From: a virus | Taxonomy: Duplodnaviria; Caudoviricetes | DNA: 51,056 nt | IMG/VR virus record: IMGVR_UViG_3300030095_005945 | Span: 1 to 51,056 of that record | Reading direction: 5' to 3' (one strand) | Part shown: piece by piece, positions 37,250 to 47,227 of the stretch | Layout of the letters: the number at the start of each line of letters is the position of its first letter | Numbering within the stretch: the stretch's first letter is position 1 | The notes under the pieces: generated by a model | What the model saw: the letters and a program-made list of their open reading frames with translations, nothing else | Told to the model about the DNA's origin: nothing | Database searches by the model: none | Program-made: the position numbers and the translations under genes

Positions 37250-37545
37250 TATAAACCTGCTTTCATCTTTATGAATTGAACTAATGACATATTACGTGCA
37301 TCATACCTCTTAACACGTCTTAATGTGTCTTGTACCTCTAATAACTGCTGAAATCTCTCTTTACGAGCATTATCCATCTGAATAATAGCTTGTTCTTCTA
37401 TAGGTCTATTAATAAATATATCTAACTTCATTTTATTACTTATTGTTTCGCTATAATTTCTAACAGATGCTGTTGTTTCCCATCTATCTTGCATTTCTGT
37501 ATACTTTACTAATACTTTATTAATATATTGTGTTACTCTATCCAT
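37249..37545 (-). CDS. Early hypothetical protein
   Basis: ORF track; AAGGAG RBS. Confidence 0.65.
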   Translation of the reverse strand: MDRVTQYINKVLVKYTEMQDRWETTASVRNYSETISNKMKLDIFINRPIEEQAIIQMDNARKERFQQLLEVQDTLRRVKRYDARNMSLVQFIKMKAGL

Positions 37546-37581
37546 GCTTATTTCTCCTTATCTTGTGAATGTAATAATACA

Positions 37582-37613
37582 CAAAAGGTGAGCTAATCAT
37601 CATTAACCCACCT
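37582..37613 (-). terminator. Intrinsic terminator-like hairpin
   Basis: Minus strand AGGUGGGUUAAU-GAUG-AUUAGCUCACCU then UUUG; G-U pairs are minus-specific. Confidence 0.55.
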
Positions 37614-37627
37614 AATTGTATGTGTAA

Positions 37628-37650
37628 TAAAGGGACTATATGTCCCCTTA
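37628..37650 (-). terminator. Hairpin right after the first early gene
   Basis: Minus strand UAAGGGGAC-AUAUA-GUCCCUUUA. Confidence 0.45.
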
Positions 37651-37652
37651 TA

Positions 37653-37967
37653 CTATATCATCCAGCTACCAGGCTTTATAGCATTAGTATCATCATCTTT
37701 AACGCTATCTTCAAGTATCTTCATATCAGCTTTATGGTCTCTTACAGTTGTCTTACATAGTATTAACTGCATGCTTTCAGGTATGTATGATACTCTTCTA
37801 CCATGCTTACTTGCTTGGTCGTTTAAATCATTTAACTGTGGCTTAAGCATGTTATAAGTATATTCACTTACATTATACCAGTTCCATCCATTCTCTGCTT
37901 TATTTAAACCATGATTATAATCAGTATAATTAAGCATTTTTGTTATCATTACTATTATTTTATTCAT
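37653..37967 (-). CDS. First gene of the minus-strand (early) arm, hypothetical
   Basis: ORF track; AAAGG RBS. Confidence 0.65.
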   Translation of the reverse strand: MNKIIVMITKMLNYTDYNHGLNKAENGWNWYNVSEYTYNMLKPQLNDLNDQASKHGRRVSYIPESMQLILCKTTVRDHKADMKILEDSVKDDDTNAIKPGSWMI

Positions 37968-38000
37968 TATTACCTTTCTTCTTTGTGTTTATTAATATAT

Positions 38001-38090
38001 AGAGGATAGCAGGGGCGTGAGGACATCACTACACGATTGAATTTCAAGAGAGCTCGGAGGGTAGCAGGGTGAAATTCAAGCGGGTAGGGT
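38001..38090. promoter_or_regulatory. G-rich divergence element with inverted repeat (candidate terminus, origin or phage-RNAP promoter)
   Basis: TTGAATTTCA-N23-TGAAATTCAA (38037-38079); TAGCAGGG x2; four GGG tracts. Confidence 0.45.
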
Positions 38091-38156
38091 TGTAACATAT
38101 CAAACACTCCCATTCTACGGCAATTTTTTTGAAATTTATTTTTTTAAGATTTTTAC

Positions 38157-38186
38157 TTGATTCTAAAGCCTAAAAACCTGTAAATT
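38157..38186 (+). promoter_or_regulatory. Putative host-sigma promoter of the late arm
   Basis: TTGATT-N18-TAAATT with AT-rich upstream tract. Confidence 0.6.
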
Positions 38187-38325
38187 TTTACCACTATAAG
38201 TTGCTACAGAGAATCGCAACATTAAATGACTTACAATTTAAAACAGATTCACAACTAGCAGTTGCTAATTACAGCTGTTACAAGCAGTATTATAGAGGTC
38301 GGGAAATGCGCAAAAAAGAGGTTTT

Positions 38326-38703
38326 ATGGATAATCTAAGTGATTACGAAGAAAGGTTAAGTAAGGGTTGGCCACATGGTGGTCCTTCTAATATATTTTCT
38401 AGTAGTGAATATAATATAAATCCAGATAGCCCTTTAGGCAATTGGGTAGCAAGAGAGGGTGTTCCAGGTAGCTATTATAATAAAAGGTTTAATGAGAACC
38501 CTTACATGTATCCTAATATGCCAGATAGTATGCTTAATATCCATAACAAACATCACAATATACCTATGAATCCCTCAGAAATGGATAGTATGAGGCAGGT
38601 TAATCCATTAGCTAACGCTTGGTACACATTAAAAGAAGGTTTAGGCTTTTCGCCTTTTTCCTTTGAAAAGAGTGGTGATCCAAGAAAAGTTTTTGGAGAA
38701 TAA
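38326..38703 (+). CDS. Hypothetical P/N-rich protein
   Basis: ORF track; GAGG RBS. Confidence 0.6.
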   Translation: MDNLSDYEERLSKGWPHGGPSNIFSSSEYNINPDSPLGNWVAREGVPGSYYNKRFNENPYMYPNMPDSMLNIHNKHHNIPMNPSEMDSMRQVNPLANAWYTLKEGLGFSPFSFEKSGDPRKVFGE

Positions 38704-39530
38704 TGGGTTTAGGACACGATCATACTAACTCAGGTCATAGTCATGGAGAAGCTACTGGTGATTATAAGCAGATAGCTCCATGGTTTATGGAAGCCTTATA
38801 CAATTCTGGTGCTACACCTATACAAAACTTTGCTAGAGAAAAGAATGTACCACAGGCAGATATAAATGCTTATGATGACTTTGTTAGATCTGGTGGTGTA
38901 GAAGGTCGTATACAAGAGCTTGAACATCAATACTTAGGTGGTGATGCGGGTGGTAACTATAGTGCGAATAGGCTTAGTGGTGGAGATAAAGATGTAATGC
39001 GAATAAACCCTAAATTCTTCGGTCAAAACCTTAATGTAGCTTCAATTCCAGGACATGAGTTTGGACATGCCTTTGCAGGACATAGGCCTGGTGGACACGC
39101 TCTAGGTGAAGAGAGTGGTAAAGTCCCTGATTTAAACTTATACCAGAAAGCAGATAGATTCCTCCAAGGATGGTTACCTTCGTTCTCTAAGCATGGTGTT
39201 AGACCATTTAAGGGTAATAGAAGAGAATTGTGGGATGAAGCAGGTTATGACCCTCACTATGGAGAACATCAGTTTGATGTATTAGGAGAGGCTTTTGCCA
39301 ATACTTTAACTCCTATACAGAAAAGAAGGCTGAATACAGGTAATATACCACTAACAGAGGGTGGAACATACTCAGAATCTCCTTATGAAGACTTATCTGT
39401 TGGAGATTATAAAGTATATGATAAGCTATCTAATAAAGCTCAGAACTTTAGAGATGCATATGCTCAAGCAAGATCTGATAAACAAAAAACCTTTACATGG
39501 GACGATAGACTTTATTCATCTGATCTTTAA
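38703..39530 (+). CDS. Putative zincin-like metallopeptidase
   Basis: HEFGH at 39054-39068 preceded by GNY...MRINP strands; later E candidate in GEHQF. Confidence 0.55.
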   Translation: MGLGHDHTNSGHSHGEATGDYKQIAPWFMEALYNSGATPIQNFAREKNVPQADINAYDDFVRSGGVEGRIQELEHQYLGGDAGGNYSANRLSGGDKDVMRINPKFFGQNLNVASIPGHEFGHAFAGHRPGGHALGEESGKVPDLNLYQKADRFLQGWLPSFSKHGVRPFKGNRRELWDEAGYDPHYGEHQFDVLGEAFANTLTPIQKRRLNTGNIPLTEGGTYSESPYEDLSVGDYKVYDKLSNKAQNFRDAYAQARSDKQKTFTWDDRLYSSDL

Positions 39531-40327
39531 TGTACACTATTACAATCAATCACAGGGATAAACCTGTAACCTACGATATATTAACATCATCCGAAGCAAT
39601 ACAGGACAATATAGCCTTTAAATACTGGAGAGAGGCAGACTCTGGTGATTATGCTATATCTGATGACGATGTAGTAGCAAAGCTAATTAAGCGTACATCA
39701 TATAAAAACGGTTCAACCTATTTTAGATTCCCCTGGGGGTACTGTATTTGCAAAGATGTTAATAAAAGTTTTAAATTATTTGCTGAAAATAGACAGACTA
39801 AACATACATTCACTGGTAAACCTTGGCTTAAAGTCCATAAAAAGCAGTTATTAGGCGATATGTCTATGGTATATGCTATGACTCGTGACAAGGAAAAGAC
39901 TATTGAGATGGTACATGGTAAAGATGTATCTGATAGTAATAAGAGAAAATATAGAAGGTGGATGAAATCGGAGGTATTTACCGATATGGTAAGAGAGGAA
40001 ACAGAAAAGCTCCTTAAGAAACATGATTTAGATGAAGATTATACTATGGAATTGATGAAAAAAGCCATAGATATTGCAAAAGAGAAGAAAGATGTATCAA
40101 ATCTATTGCGAGTAGTAGAGAATCTTCAGGATTTACATGGCATGAACGAAAAGGTAGTAACCAAAACCACAGAATCTCTGGAGGCAGTACAAACTAGAAA
40201 AATGTTGGAGTCACTTGAAGAAGAAGAAAAGAGATTATTGGTTACTCAGACTGTTGAGGAGACAAGTAATGGGGTATCAAAGGGTACAATATCGCAAGGC
40301 AAAAAAGTCGAAAACAAAGAAGACTAA
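39530..40327 (+). CDS. Putative terminase small subunit
   Basis: Directly upstream of TerL; helical C-half (AIDIAKEKKDVSNLLRVVENLQDLHGM). Confidence 0.55.
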   Translation: MYTITINHRDKPVTYDILTSSEAIQDNIAFKYWREADSGDYAISDDDVVAKLIKRTSYKNGSTYFRFPWGYCICKDVNKSFKLFAENRQTKHTFTGKPWLKVHKKQLLGDMSMVYAMTRDKEKTIEMVHGKDVSDSNKRKYRRWMKSEVFTDMVREETEKLLKKHDLDEDYTMELMKKAIDIAKEKKDVSNLLRVVENLQDLHGMNEKVVTKTTESLEAVQTRKMLESLEEEEKRLLVTQTVEETSNGVSKGTISQGKKVENKED

Positions 40328-40356
40328 TAAAAAGATAAAGCAGCCAAAGGAGAAGC

Positions 40357-41859
40357 ATGGAAATACCAGAGAATGGTGATTACGAAGCTTACTACTCTAA
40401 ATTAGAAGCACTAAAGAAGCTACGAAAGAATATGGCGCTATTTGGAAAAGTATGCTTTCCAACTGCCTTCCAAAAAGCCACCCCTCCGTTTCACAGCAAT
40501 ATATATCACGCTTTAGCGGAAAGAACAACAAAAAGAGTGTTAGTTGCAGCCCCTCGTGGAACGGCTAAATCTACTGTGAGTACACTTGTTCTTCCGCTAT
40601 ATGAGGCAGCGTTTAAATCTGATAAAGAAGATAAGTTCATTGTAATAATATCGGAGTCACAAGCTCAGTCTATTAACTTCCTTAGTCGTATTAAGTATCA
40701 TTTAACTCATTCAGAGAATTTTAAGCGTATGTTTGCAGATTACGGACCTACTACAGCTAAGAGATGGACTAATACAGATATTGTCCTGGCAAATGGTACC
40801 CGTATAGTAGCAGTTGGTACAGGTCAAAGGGTTAGAGGATTTATTGAAGGTGATACTCGTCCTACATTGATAGTAGTAGACGATTTTGAGTCAGAACATA
40901 ATGCATTAACCTTTGAAGCTAGGAAAAAGAACAGAGACTGGATGACCGAAGCTGTTATTCCATCATTAGCAGATCATGGAAGACTTGTTATGATAGGAAC
41001 AGTTATATCAGAGGATTGTTTTTTATATTGGGCTAAAGATTCTCCAGCCTGGCATACATTATGGTATTCTATAATAGATGACGAAGGAGAGAGTATATGG
41101 CCCGAAAGATTTCCCCTTTCAAGGGTAAATGAAATAAAAACAGAGTATGGATCTGTTGGAAACCTAACTGGGTTTTACCAAGAATATATGAATATAGCTC
41201 AGGCACCTGATGATGCTCCTTTTAAACCAGCATATATTAAGACTTATGACATGAGTTATAAAAGAGAAAATAGTGAAAATTTCTTAGAAAAAAAGAATGG
41301 AGATTTAGTTCCAATAGATATTTATTGTGGTATAGATCCAGCATCAAGTTTAAATATAAGAGCAGACTTTTTTGTTATAGCCACAATAGGAGTGGATAAA
41401 GATAATAACAAGTATATAGTAGATATTTTTAGAAAAAGAATTGATCCTGCAGAACAACCTGATAAAATTATTGGTACATATAAAAAATATAAACCTAGAA
41501 AAGTAAAGATAGAGACTGTTGCATACCAAGAAGCATTAAGAAGTGCTTGTAGAAAACAGATGACAGAACAAGGATTATTTATTCCAGGACTAGAAAAAGG
41601 TGTTAAGCCTAGAACTCGTAAATCTGAGAGATTAATATCATTAGTTCCTATGTTTGCTAAGGGAGAATTTTATTTTAGAAAAGAAGATACTATAGCTCAA
41701 GAAGAATTTATGAGTTACCCAAGGGGAAAGAATGATGATATTATGGATGCTATCTGGACTGCGCTAGAAAATCATAGACCTTGCAGACGTAGTAGTTTAC
41801 AAAATCTTAAGGGAAAAATAAAGAAAAAAATCAAAAAACTTGATTGGATGACAATGTGA
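40357..41859 (+). CDS. terL: Terminase large subunit
   Basis: Walker A APRGTAKST, Walker B LIVVDDFE, MIGT, FYQEYMN; RNase H-fold GIDPA...NDDIMDA. Confidence 0.93.
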   Translation: MEIPENGDYEAYYSKLEALKKLRKNMALFGKVCFPTAFQKATPPFHSNIYHALAERTTKRVLVAAPRGTAKSTVSTLVLPLYEAAFKSDKEDKFIVIISESQAQSINFLSRIKYHLTHSENFKRMFADYGPTTAKRWTNTDIVLANGTRIVAVGTGQRVRGFIEGDTRPTLIVVDDFESEHNALTFEARKKNRDWMTEAVIPSLADHGRLVMIGTVISEDCFLYWAKDSPAWHTLWYSIIDDEGESIWPERFPLSRVNEIKTEYGSVGNLTGFYQEYMNIAQAPDDAPFKPAYIKTYDMSYKRENSENFLEKKNGDLVPIDIYCGIDPASSLNIRADFFVIATIGVDKDNNKYIVDIFRKRIDPAEQPDKIIGTYKKYKPRKVKIETVAYQEALRSACRKQMTEQGLFIPGLEKGVKPRTRKSERLISLVPMFAKGEFYFRKEDTIAQEEFMSYPRGKNDDIMDAIWTALENHRPCRRSSLQNLKGKIKKKIKKLDWMTM

Positions 41860-41873
41860 TCTTATCGTATATT
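41844..41873 (+). promoter_or_regulatory. Putative promoter for the portal/capsid unit
   Basis: TTGGAT-N18-TATATT ending 11 nt before the portal ATG. Confidence 0.55.
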
Positions 41874-41884
41874 AATTACTAAAT

Positions 41885-43984
41885 ATGGCAAACTATAGCA
41901 AAAAAACAGAAAATAAAAAAGAAATAGTAGATGAAACTAAGCATTTATTCGATCTTTATAGTCAAAAAAGACGAACCTGGGCAGATCACGCTCAAGAAGA
42001 TAAAGAATTTAGACTTGGTAAGCAATGGTCTTTAGAGCAAAAAGAAACTTTAGAAGCTAGAGGTCAAGCACCTGTAGTTGTAAATAGAATACATCCTGCT
42101 GTAGAGACTGCTAAAGCATTACTCACTGCTAATAGACCTGGATTTAGAGTATCTCCTAGAGAGGATTCTGATAATAAGGTAGCTCAAGTATTTAATTCTT
42201 TACTTGAATATTGCTGGCAGATATCTCAAGGAGAGACTGTATTAAGACAAGTTGTAGATGATTATTATGTTACAGGTGTTGGATATATGTTATGCTACCA
42301 AGATCCATTAAAAGATGATGGTAAAGGTGAAGTCTGTTTTAAGGATATAGATCCATTAGATGTTTATGTTGATCCAAATTCAAGGGATAGATTGTATGAT
42401 GATGCTGAATCTATTATAATATCTAGATTATTTACAAGAGAACAAGCTAAATCTATGTATCCTATGTATAAAAAAGCAATTAAAAATGCTGCTTCAGACC
42501 AAAAAAGCGATATGCCTGTAACAACAAGAGATGATAACGATCAAACTACATGGCCAGAAGATGTCATGACTAGAGAAGATACTGATTATATCAGAGGATA
42601 TGAGAGGTATTATAAGATAATTGTAGACAAATTCAGAATATTCGAAACTTTTTCAGGAAAAGAATATTTATTTAATGAGATGGAATTTGAATCCTATATT
42701 CAAAGGCCAGTATGGATTGTCAACAATAAACCAATCTTTAGACAGGAGGTAATCTCAAAGCTCTCTAGTCAGGGGATGATGCCACGAGAATCTAGTATTC
42801 CAGAACTTATTGAGATGGGTATTATCAAAATGGTAAAAGTTCAAGTGCAGCGTGTTAAACAATGCATTATAATGGGCGACAAGTATCTTTATTCAAGAGA
42901 ATTGCCTACAGAGCATTATCCCTTAGTACCATTTATGAATTTACATACAAGAACGCCATATCCTATGAGTGATGTGCGACTTGTCAAGAATTTACAAGAA
43001 TATATAAATAAAATCAGATCTTTAGTAATAGCTCATGCTACGACATCAACAAATGCTAAGGTACTTATTCCTGAAGGATCTGTTGATATGAAAGAATTTG
43101 AAGAAAAATGGGCAATGCCAGGTGTTGGAATAGCTGTAGATTTCTCAGAAGGACAGCCTGTTACTGTACAACCTACTCCATTGCCTAATGAATTGTATAA
43201 GAATGAAGCTGATGCCAAGCAAGATATTGACCATCAATTAGGTTTATATGAACTTATGATGGGTAATTCTGGAGCTGCTCCTCAAACATATAAGGCTACA
43301 GTAGCTATTGATGAGTTTGGTCAAAGAAAAATTAAATCTAAACAAGCTGATATAGAAGGCGGGCTAAGAAGGATAGCAGAAGTAGCTATTCCTATGATGC
43401 AACAGCTATATAAAACAGAAAAAGTTTTTAGAATTGCTAATCCTAATAATACGACTAGCAAATATATGATAAATAAGAAAATGGTAGATGATAAAACTGG
43501 AGAAATTAATAAGTTTAATGATATTACTATTGGAAAATATGATGTTATTGTTGTAACTGGATCAACTTTACCTACAAACAGATATGCTCAATTAGAACTT
43601 TATATGGATGCATATAAAAATGGAGTTATTGATAGGCAAGAAGTTCTCAAGAAAACAGAAGTCTTTGATATGGAAGGTGTTATGGAAAGAACTGATGCTA
43701 TAGGTAAAATGGAAGGTCAAATAAAACAACAACAAGAAGAATTAAAGAAGCTTCGAGGCGACTTGCAAACTAGAGATAGAGAAGCAGTTGCTCTTCGTAA
43801 GAAAGTCGAAGTCGAGAAGTTTAAATCAAATCTTGATAAGGTATCTAATAAAGCACAAGCTTCGGGTACTGTATTCGAGAAACGATTAAATGATGCTATC
43901 TCAAGTATTTCAAAAGAGATAAAAAGTGAAAAAACGGACTCTACCTCTAAAAAAGAGCAGTCCACAAAAAAAAGGAGTAAGTAA
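41885..43984 (+). CDS. Portal protein (P22-like)
   Basis: GKQW...VVNRIHP, DVYVDP, YPLVPF, LQEYINK, GKYDVIV, C-terminal coiled coil; gene position. Confidence 0.85.
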   Translation: MANYSKKTENKKEIVDETKHLFDLYSQKRRTWADHAQEDKEFRLGKQWSLEQKETLEARGQAPVVVNRIHPAVETAKALLTANRPGFRVSPREDSDNKVAQVFNSLLEYCWQISQGETVLRQVVDDYYVTGVGYMLCYQDPLKDDGKGEVCFKDIDPLDVYVDPNSRDRLYDDAESIIISRLFTREQAKSMYPMYKKAIKNAASDQKSDMPVTTRDDNDQTTWPEDVMTREDTDYIRGYERYYKIIVDKFRIFETFSGKEYLFNEMEFESYIQRPVWIVNNKPIFRQEVISKLSSQGMMPRESSIPELIEMGIIKMVKVQVQRVKQCIIMGDKYLYSRELPTEHYPLVPFMNLHTRTPYPMSDVRLVKNLQEYINKIRSLVIAHATTSTNAKVLIPEGSVDMKEFEEKWAMPGVGIAVDFSEGQPVTVQPTPLPNELYKNEADAKQDIDHQLGLYELMMGNSGAAPQTYKATVAIDEFGQRKIKSKQADIEGGLRRIAEVAIPMMQQLYKTEKVFRIANPNNTTSKYMINKKMVDDKTGEINKFNDITIGKYDVIVVTGSTLPTNRYAQLELYMDAYKNGVIDRQEVLKKTEVFDMEGVMERTDAIGKMEGQIKQQQEELKKLRGDLQTRDREAVALRKKVEVEKFKSNLDKVSNKAQASGTVFEKRLNDAISSISKEIKSEKTDSTSKKEQSTKKRSK

Positions 43985-44952
43985 TGGAGAACAATATGGA
44001 TACCCAGAATGCAAATCCTGGCCCCGTAGATACTGCATTTGAACCCCCAGTAAGCCAAGGTCAAGTTGAACAACCTCAGCAAGAAGCCCCTTCTTTAACG
44101 CCTGCAGATGCTTTTGAGCCTGCGGCAGAACAACCTATTGAAGGACAACCCTCTAGCACGCCAGAGCCTCAACAAAACCAGGAGGTGGCACCTCCATTAG
44201 ATAATGATAAGGTCCGATATGAATATTGGCAGTCTCAAGCGACTAAAGCACAGAATCAAGTTAAGGAATATGAACAAATGGCTCCACTTGTGGATTACAT
44301 TAAAGCAAATCCTTATGTTATTCAAAATGCTCAACAAGCACAACAAGGTACTCCACAAGAGGCTCCACAAGAAGAGTTTCCTGAAGCACCTGTTAGGCCT
44401 GAAAAGCCACGTAATTTTAATCGTGAAGAGGCTATGTCAGATCCAAGTAGTGAATCTGCTAGATTTATGGATGAAATGGATGATTGGAGAGATCAAACTA
44501 ACGAATACAATAGACTATTTACAGAATATCAAACAGCAAAGATCCAAGAAAACTTTGATGCCGTTAAGCAACGTGAAGAAGCTCAACATCAAGCTCGGAT
44601 TCAAGCTGCTGCACAACAAGAGCAATCTTCAGAAATACAAAAGTATGCTGTAGCTAACTTTGGTGCAGATGAACAGACTGCTGCTGAATTTGTTAAAGAA
44701 ATGTCTTCTCCTGAATCCGTATCTATGGATAATTTATGGCAATTGTTTATGATGAAAAAAGGCATGAATCAGCCTGTAGGACAAGCTCCTATAGCTGAGC
44801 CATCACCTCAATTTCAACAAACACAAGCTGCTCAGCAGATTCCTAGTTCAATGGGTGTGATGCCAGGAGCAACTACTACCAGCCAAAGTAGTGACTCAGA
44901 TTCTATTATGGACGGTTTAATAGATGGCTGGAAAGAAAAGAATCCGTTTTAA
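43984..44952 (+). CDS. Capsid scaffolding protein
   Basis: Acidic, P/Q/E-rich, coiled coil; between portal and MCP. Confidence 0.7.
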   Translation: MENNMDTQNANPGPVDTAFEPPVSQGQVEQPQQEAPSLTPADAFEPAAEQPIEGQPSSTPEPQQNQEVAPPLDNDKVRYEYWQSQATKAQNQVKEYEQMAPLVDYIKANPYVIQNAQQAQQGTPQEAPQEEFPEAPVRPEKPRNFNREEAMSDPSSESARFMDEMDDWRDQTNEYNRLFTEYQTAKIQENFDAVKQREEAQHQARIQAAAQQEQSSEIQKYAVANFGADEQTAAEFVKEMSSPESVSMDNLWQLFMMKKGMNQPVGQAPIAEPSPQFQQTQAAQQIPSSMGVMPGATTTSQSSDSDSIMDGLIDGWKEKNPF

Positions 44953-44971
44953 ACGGTAAAGGAGGTCCATA

Positions 44972-46318
44972 ATGGGCGATTTTACAAGTATAAGTGCGAA
45001 TGCGACTGGTTCTGGGGTAGATTTAGACAACACAAGACGAATATTTAATTTCGGTGATCGTGTTGCTGAACTTGCACCTCAACAAAGTCCGTTTTTCGTA
45101 TATTTAAACAAGGTTGCTAAGAAACCAACAGACGATCCTGTCTTTAAATTCTTAGAACAAAGACATCAATGGCAAAGACGTAATTTTGCTATAGACAATG
45201 CACCAACATGGGATAAAACTGCTAATGTTGTAGGTACCAATAGTACTAATGATATAGCTATTGATTGTGGTTATAATTCTGCAGGTCAAATAGAGGCTGA
45301 ACAACCATGTAATTTTATTGTTCCTGGACAAATTATTGCATTGAAAAATGTTAATGGCAGTGTCTATAGAATAAAAATACTAGAAACTGCAACAGTTGAT
45401 GCAACTGGTGGTGCTGGTACTATTAAACATGAAGCTTCACAAACATTAATTTCAGGTTCAGCAATGAAAGCAATTGACGATGCTTCTGGCTCTGGTACTT
45501 GGGCTAATGGTGATGTTGGTCAAGTAATTGGGACATCATGGGGTGAAGGTACTAAAGCTCCAGTTGGCTGGGAAGACATTATGGTTGATAAAGAGGGCTA
45601 TTGCCAAATCTTTAAAACTGCAATGAATCTTTTCTCAAATACTGCTAGAGCAACTAGGTATCGTGGCGTATCAAATGAGTATCAAAGAATCTGGACTGAC
45701 AAACTTATGGAGCATAAAATGGACATGGAGCAAGCTTTCTTGTTTGGTGTTGGTGATGCAACAAATGGGGCTTTGTCTACTAGATATACTCATGGTATAG
45801 TTCCTTATACTGAATCTAATGGTAAAGTATATAACTTTAGCTATGCTTCGTCTGGTTACGATGCCTTTTTAGATGCAATGGAAGATTTCTTTGCACCTGA
45901 AGGTGGTAACTCTGGAAATAAACTGGTATTAGCTTCAAGGAAAGTAATCACTTACTTAAATAAATTAGGTAGTGGTAGTTTCTTGAATAATTCTGTTGGT
46001 TCTAGTCAGTATAAATTGGATGTAACTTCAATACCTGGTACTTTTGGGCACCAAGTAACAAAGGTAAATACTATTTATGGTAGTTTACATTTTGTTGCTG
46101 AGCCTTTATTAAGAGGTCCTTGGGAAAACTATTGTTGTGCTGTTGATATGAAAAATGTTGCTTATCGTCCACTAGTTGGTAACGGTATTAATCGTGACAC
46201 TTTCGTTGAAACTAACATTCAAGGTAACGATGAAGATGGCAGAAGAGACCAAATAATCACTGAAGCAGGGTTAGAGATTTCATTACCTGAAACTCACGCT
46301 GTGATGAAGTGGTCTTAA
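44972..46318 (+). CDS. Major capsid protein
   Basis: AAAGGAGG RBS; YCQIFKT, EHKMDMEQAFLFG, IITEAGLEI; gene position. Confidence 0.85.
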   Translation: MGDFTSISANATGSGVDLDNTRRIFNFGDRVAELAPQQSPFFVYLNKVAKKPTDDPVFKFLEQRHQWQRRNFAIDNAPTWDKTANVVGTNSTNDIAIDCGYNSAGQIEAEQPCNFIVPGQIIALKNVNGSVYRIKILETATVDATGGAGTIKHEASQTLISGSAMKAIDDASGSGTWANGDVGQVIGTSWGEGTKAPVGWEDIMVDKEGYCQIFKTAMNLFSNTARATRYRGVSNEYQRIWTDKLMEHKMDMEQAFLFGVGDATNGALSTRYTHGIVPYTESNGKVYNFSYASSGYDAFLDAMEDFFAPEGGNSGNKLVLASRKVITYLNKLGSGSFLNNSVGSSQYKLDVTSIPGTFGHQVTKVNTIYGSLHFVAEPLLRGPWENYCCAVDMKNVAYRPLVGNGINRDTFVETNIQGNDEDGRRDQIITEAGLEISLPETHAVMKWS

Positions 46319-46329
46319 GGAGGTAGATT

Positions 46330-46791
46330 ATGGCATTATCATATGCAAAATCAGGTGGATGGACACAGGTAACTAATAATCTGACTGTTGCTGATACTAA
46401 TGGTACTTATTATGGCGATGAAATAAGCGTTACAGGAAGTACAAAAATCATGGGTGAAATCAATGAAGAGACAGGTGCTGTTGGTAAATGGCAATACACT
46501 CTTAATGATACTCCTATTTCAGTGGGCGGCATAGGATTAGATCCAAGTTCTACAAATAGTATTGGAACTAAAACATGGACAGATTTAGAATATGAAGCTG
46601 TTGCTGTTGGTGACAATACAATGGAAGACTTGCCTTTTCCTTCTGATGCTAAAGGTATTAGACCTGCTGTTACTATTACTGCTTCGACCTATGGTGGAAA
46701 TACTACTATAGAATCGATATGTTTAATAGACGGCAAAAGGTCTGATTTAGGCTTTAGTATATCTGGAGCAATTGGAAAAGATCCATCTTAA
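46330..46791 (+). CDS. Putative capsid auxiliary/decoration protein
   Basis: Strong AAGGAGG RBS right after MCP; beta-rich. Confidence 0.5.
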   Translation: MALSYAKSGGWTQVTNNLTVADTNGTYYGDEISVTGSTKIMGEINEETGAVGKWQYTLNDTPISVGGIGLDPSSTNSIGTKTWTDLEYEAVAVGDNTMEDLPFPSDAKGIRPAVTITASTYGGNTTIESICLIDGKRSDLGFSISGAIGKDPS

Positions 46792-46800
46792 TAATAAACC

Positions 46801-46830
46801 GATACAGGGGGGCTTCGGCCTCCCTATATC
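46801..46830 (+). terminator. Stable cUUCGg hairpin after the capsid genes (no U-tract; attenuator or mRNA stabiliser)
   Basis: GATACAGGGGGGC-TTCG-GCCTCCCTATATC. Confidence 0.6.
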
Positions 46831-46846
46831 ATAACTGGAGATAAAT

Positions 46847-47227
46847 ATGGCTAATACAGTAACAGATTGGAATATAGGTGAACGTAGTGTTACTTTTACT
46901 TTAGATACTGCAGCTGCAATAATTACAAAAGAACTCCCTACACAAATTCATAGTGATTTTACTTTAGTAATGAATGTTTCTGGAGCAGATACTTCATCTG
47001 AAACTGTTACTTGGAAAATATTAATTAGCTATGATGGAGGTGATACTTATATAACAGCAGCTACTGCATCAGGAGCAACATATGATGATATTCCGTTAAA
47101 ATATGTATATGATTATGATGACTTAGGTCCTGTTCCAAATTTAAAACTATCAATTGAACCTTCTGGAACATCATCGGGTGAAATAAAATGCCAGATATTT
47201 GAGCATGCTGGTAGAAGGAGATTTTAG
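46847..47227 (+). CDS. Small beta-rich virion protein (paralog 1)
   Basis: IHSDFTL...ISYDGGDTY...VPNLKLSIEPS. Confidence 0.55.
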   Translation: MANTVTDWNIGERSVTFTLDTAAAIITKELPTQIHSDFTLVMNVSGADTSSETVTWKILISYDGGDTYITAATASGATYDDIPLKYVYDYDDLGPVPNLKLSIEPSGTSSGEIKCQIFEHAGRRRF

